From Octopus sinensis (taxonomy: Eukaryota), in the NCBI RefSeq assembly GCF_006345805.1, contig NW_021836909.1, positions 1-22,502 on the forward strand: a stretch of DNA of 22,502 bases. Direction: 5' to 3'. Below are positions 21,230-22,502 of this stretch, one piece after another. A model generated the notes under the pieces. That model saw only the letters and a list, made by a program, of their open reading frames with translations, was not told where the DNA came from and ran no database searches. Position numbers and translations under genes: made by a program. Positions within the stretch are counted from its first letter, which is position 1. Each line of letters begins with the position of its first letter.

Positions 21230-22502
21230 AACATCATCGTCATCATCATCATCATCATTATCACCTGCACTATTATCATCAATATCGTGTTCATCAACAT
21301 CATTACCATCATCATCATTGCCACCACCTCCATCATTGACAAAATCATCATCATCATCATCGCCATCATCATCATCGCCATCATCGCCATCATCATCATC
21401 GCCATCATCATCATCACCATCTTCATCACCTGCACTATTATCATCAATATCATGTTCATCAACATCATTACCATCATCATCATTGCCACCACCTCCATCA
21501 TTGACATAATCATCATCATCATCATCATCATCATCAGAGCCTTCATCATCATCACCCTCATTGCCAACACCATCATCATCATTATCATCTTCGACATCTC
21601 CAATATCATCATAATCAATATTATCATCATTCATTACCACTATAATCATAATCATCATTATCATCATCATTGCATCTATCATCATCATCAACACCATCAT
21701 CAACAGCAAGATCAACCTCATTAATATCATCATCATCATCATTATCATCATCATCATCATCATCATCACCATCATCATCATCGTCATCATCATCGTCATC
21801 ATCATCATCATCATCGCATCTATCATCATCATCAACAGCAAGATCAACCTCATCAATATCATCATCATAATCATTATCATCATCATCATCATAATAATAA
21901 CATCATAATCATCATAATAATTACATCATAATCATCATCATCATCGTCATCATCACGATAATCATCATAATAATCATTGTCGTCATCATCATCATCATCA
22001 TCATCCACATCATCATCATCATCATTATTATCAACATCTTCATCATCTTCATCATCGTCGTTATCATCATCATCATCATGGTCGTCATCATGATCATCAT
22101 CATCATAATCATCATCATCATCATCAACACCATCACCATCATCAGCTTCATCATCGTGGTTATCATCGTCATCATCATAATCATCATCATCATCGTCGTT
22201 ATCATCATCATCATCATTATCATTATCATCATCATCATCAACATCATCATAATCATCATTGTTGTTATCCTCATCATCGTTGTTATCATTATCATCAGTA
22301 TAATCATAATCATCATCGTCATCATCCCCCTCATTGCCACCACCATCGTCTTCATCATCATTCGTCGCCACTATAATCATAATCAACATCATCAGCGACA
22401 TCATATAATCATCATCATCATCATCATCATCATCACCATCATCGCCTCCATCATCAACAACATCAACAACACCATCATCATGATCGACATCATCATCATC
22501 AT
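21230..22502. repeat. Degenerate (ATC)n/(GAT)n trinucleotide tract, >1.2 kb, with internal duplications
   Basis: Direct inspection. 165-nt-period duplication (tcacctgcacta at 21261 and 21426) and a second duplication (gcatctatc...gcaagatcaacctc near 21672 and 21816). Confidence 0.95.

Noticed and set aside
21188-22404. Asp-rich ORFs resembling molluscan acidic shell proteins (Aspein/Asprich type)
   Set aside because: The ORF shifts from poly-Met to poly-Asp, all frames give homopolymeric peptides, there is no credible signal peptide or splice structure, and it lies in an intron of the ankyrin gene. It is a (GAT)n microsatellite artefact.

Overview
AT-rich, microsatellite-dense animal genomic DNA. 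It is probably octopus, judged from recalled tRNA-derived SINE sequences and repeat content (not searched). The window holds five minus-strand exons of an ankyrin-repeat gene (21116-21161, 18332-18486, 17319-17355, 2438-2644, 617-791). They join into about six ankyrin repeats, and the last resembles the final repeat of Mind bomb E3 ligases. The 14.7-kb intron between exons at 17319 and 2644 contains the main feature, an 11-kb block (5557-16619). In it, three same-orientation copies of one Tx1-type (L1 clade) non-LTR retrotransposon alternate with four (GATA)n/(TATC)n arrays: a 139-bp 3' stub, a 3.8-kb 5'-truncated copy, and a 5.2-kb near-full-length copy with ORF1 (CCHC knuckle) and ORF2 (APE-RT-CCHC). 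All six junctions fall in TATC repeats. All three 3' ends stop at the same base, 6 nt after the AATAAA position, with no poly(A). The two long copies differ mostly at silent sites in the segment I counted. This points to a GATA-microsatellite-specific retrotransposon that hit one locus repeatedly. Also present: SINEs (including an inverted pair), a long-TIR MITE, a foldback element, a probable mariner end, and a 1.3-kb (ATC)n tract. Many 1-bp homopolymer indels suggest uncorrected long-read errors, so frameshifts need caution.
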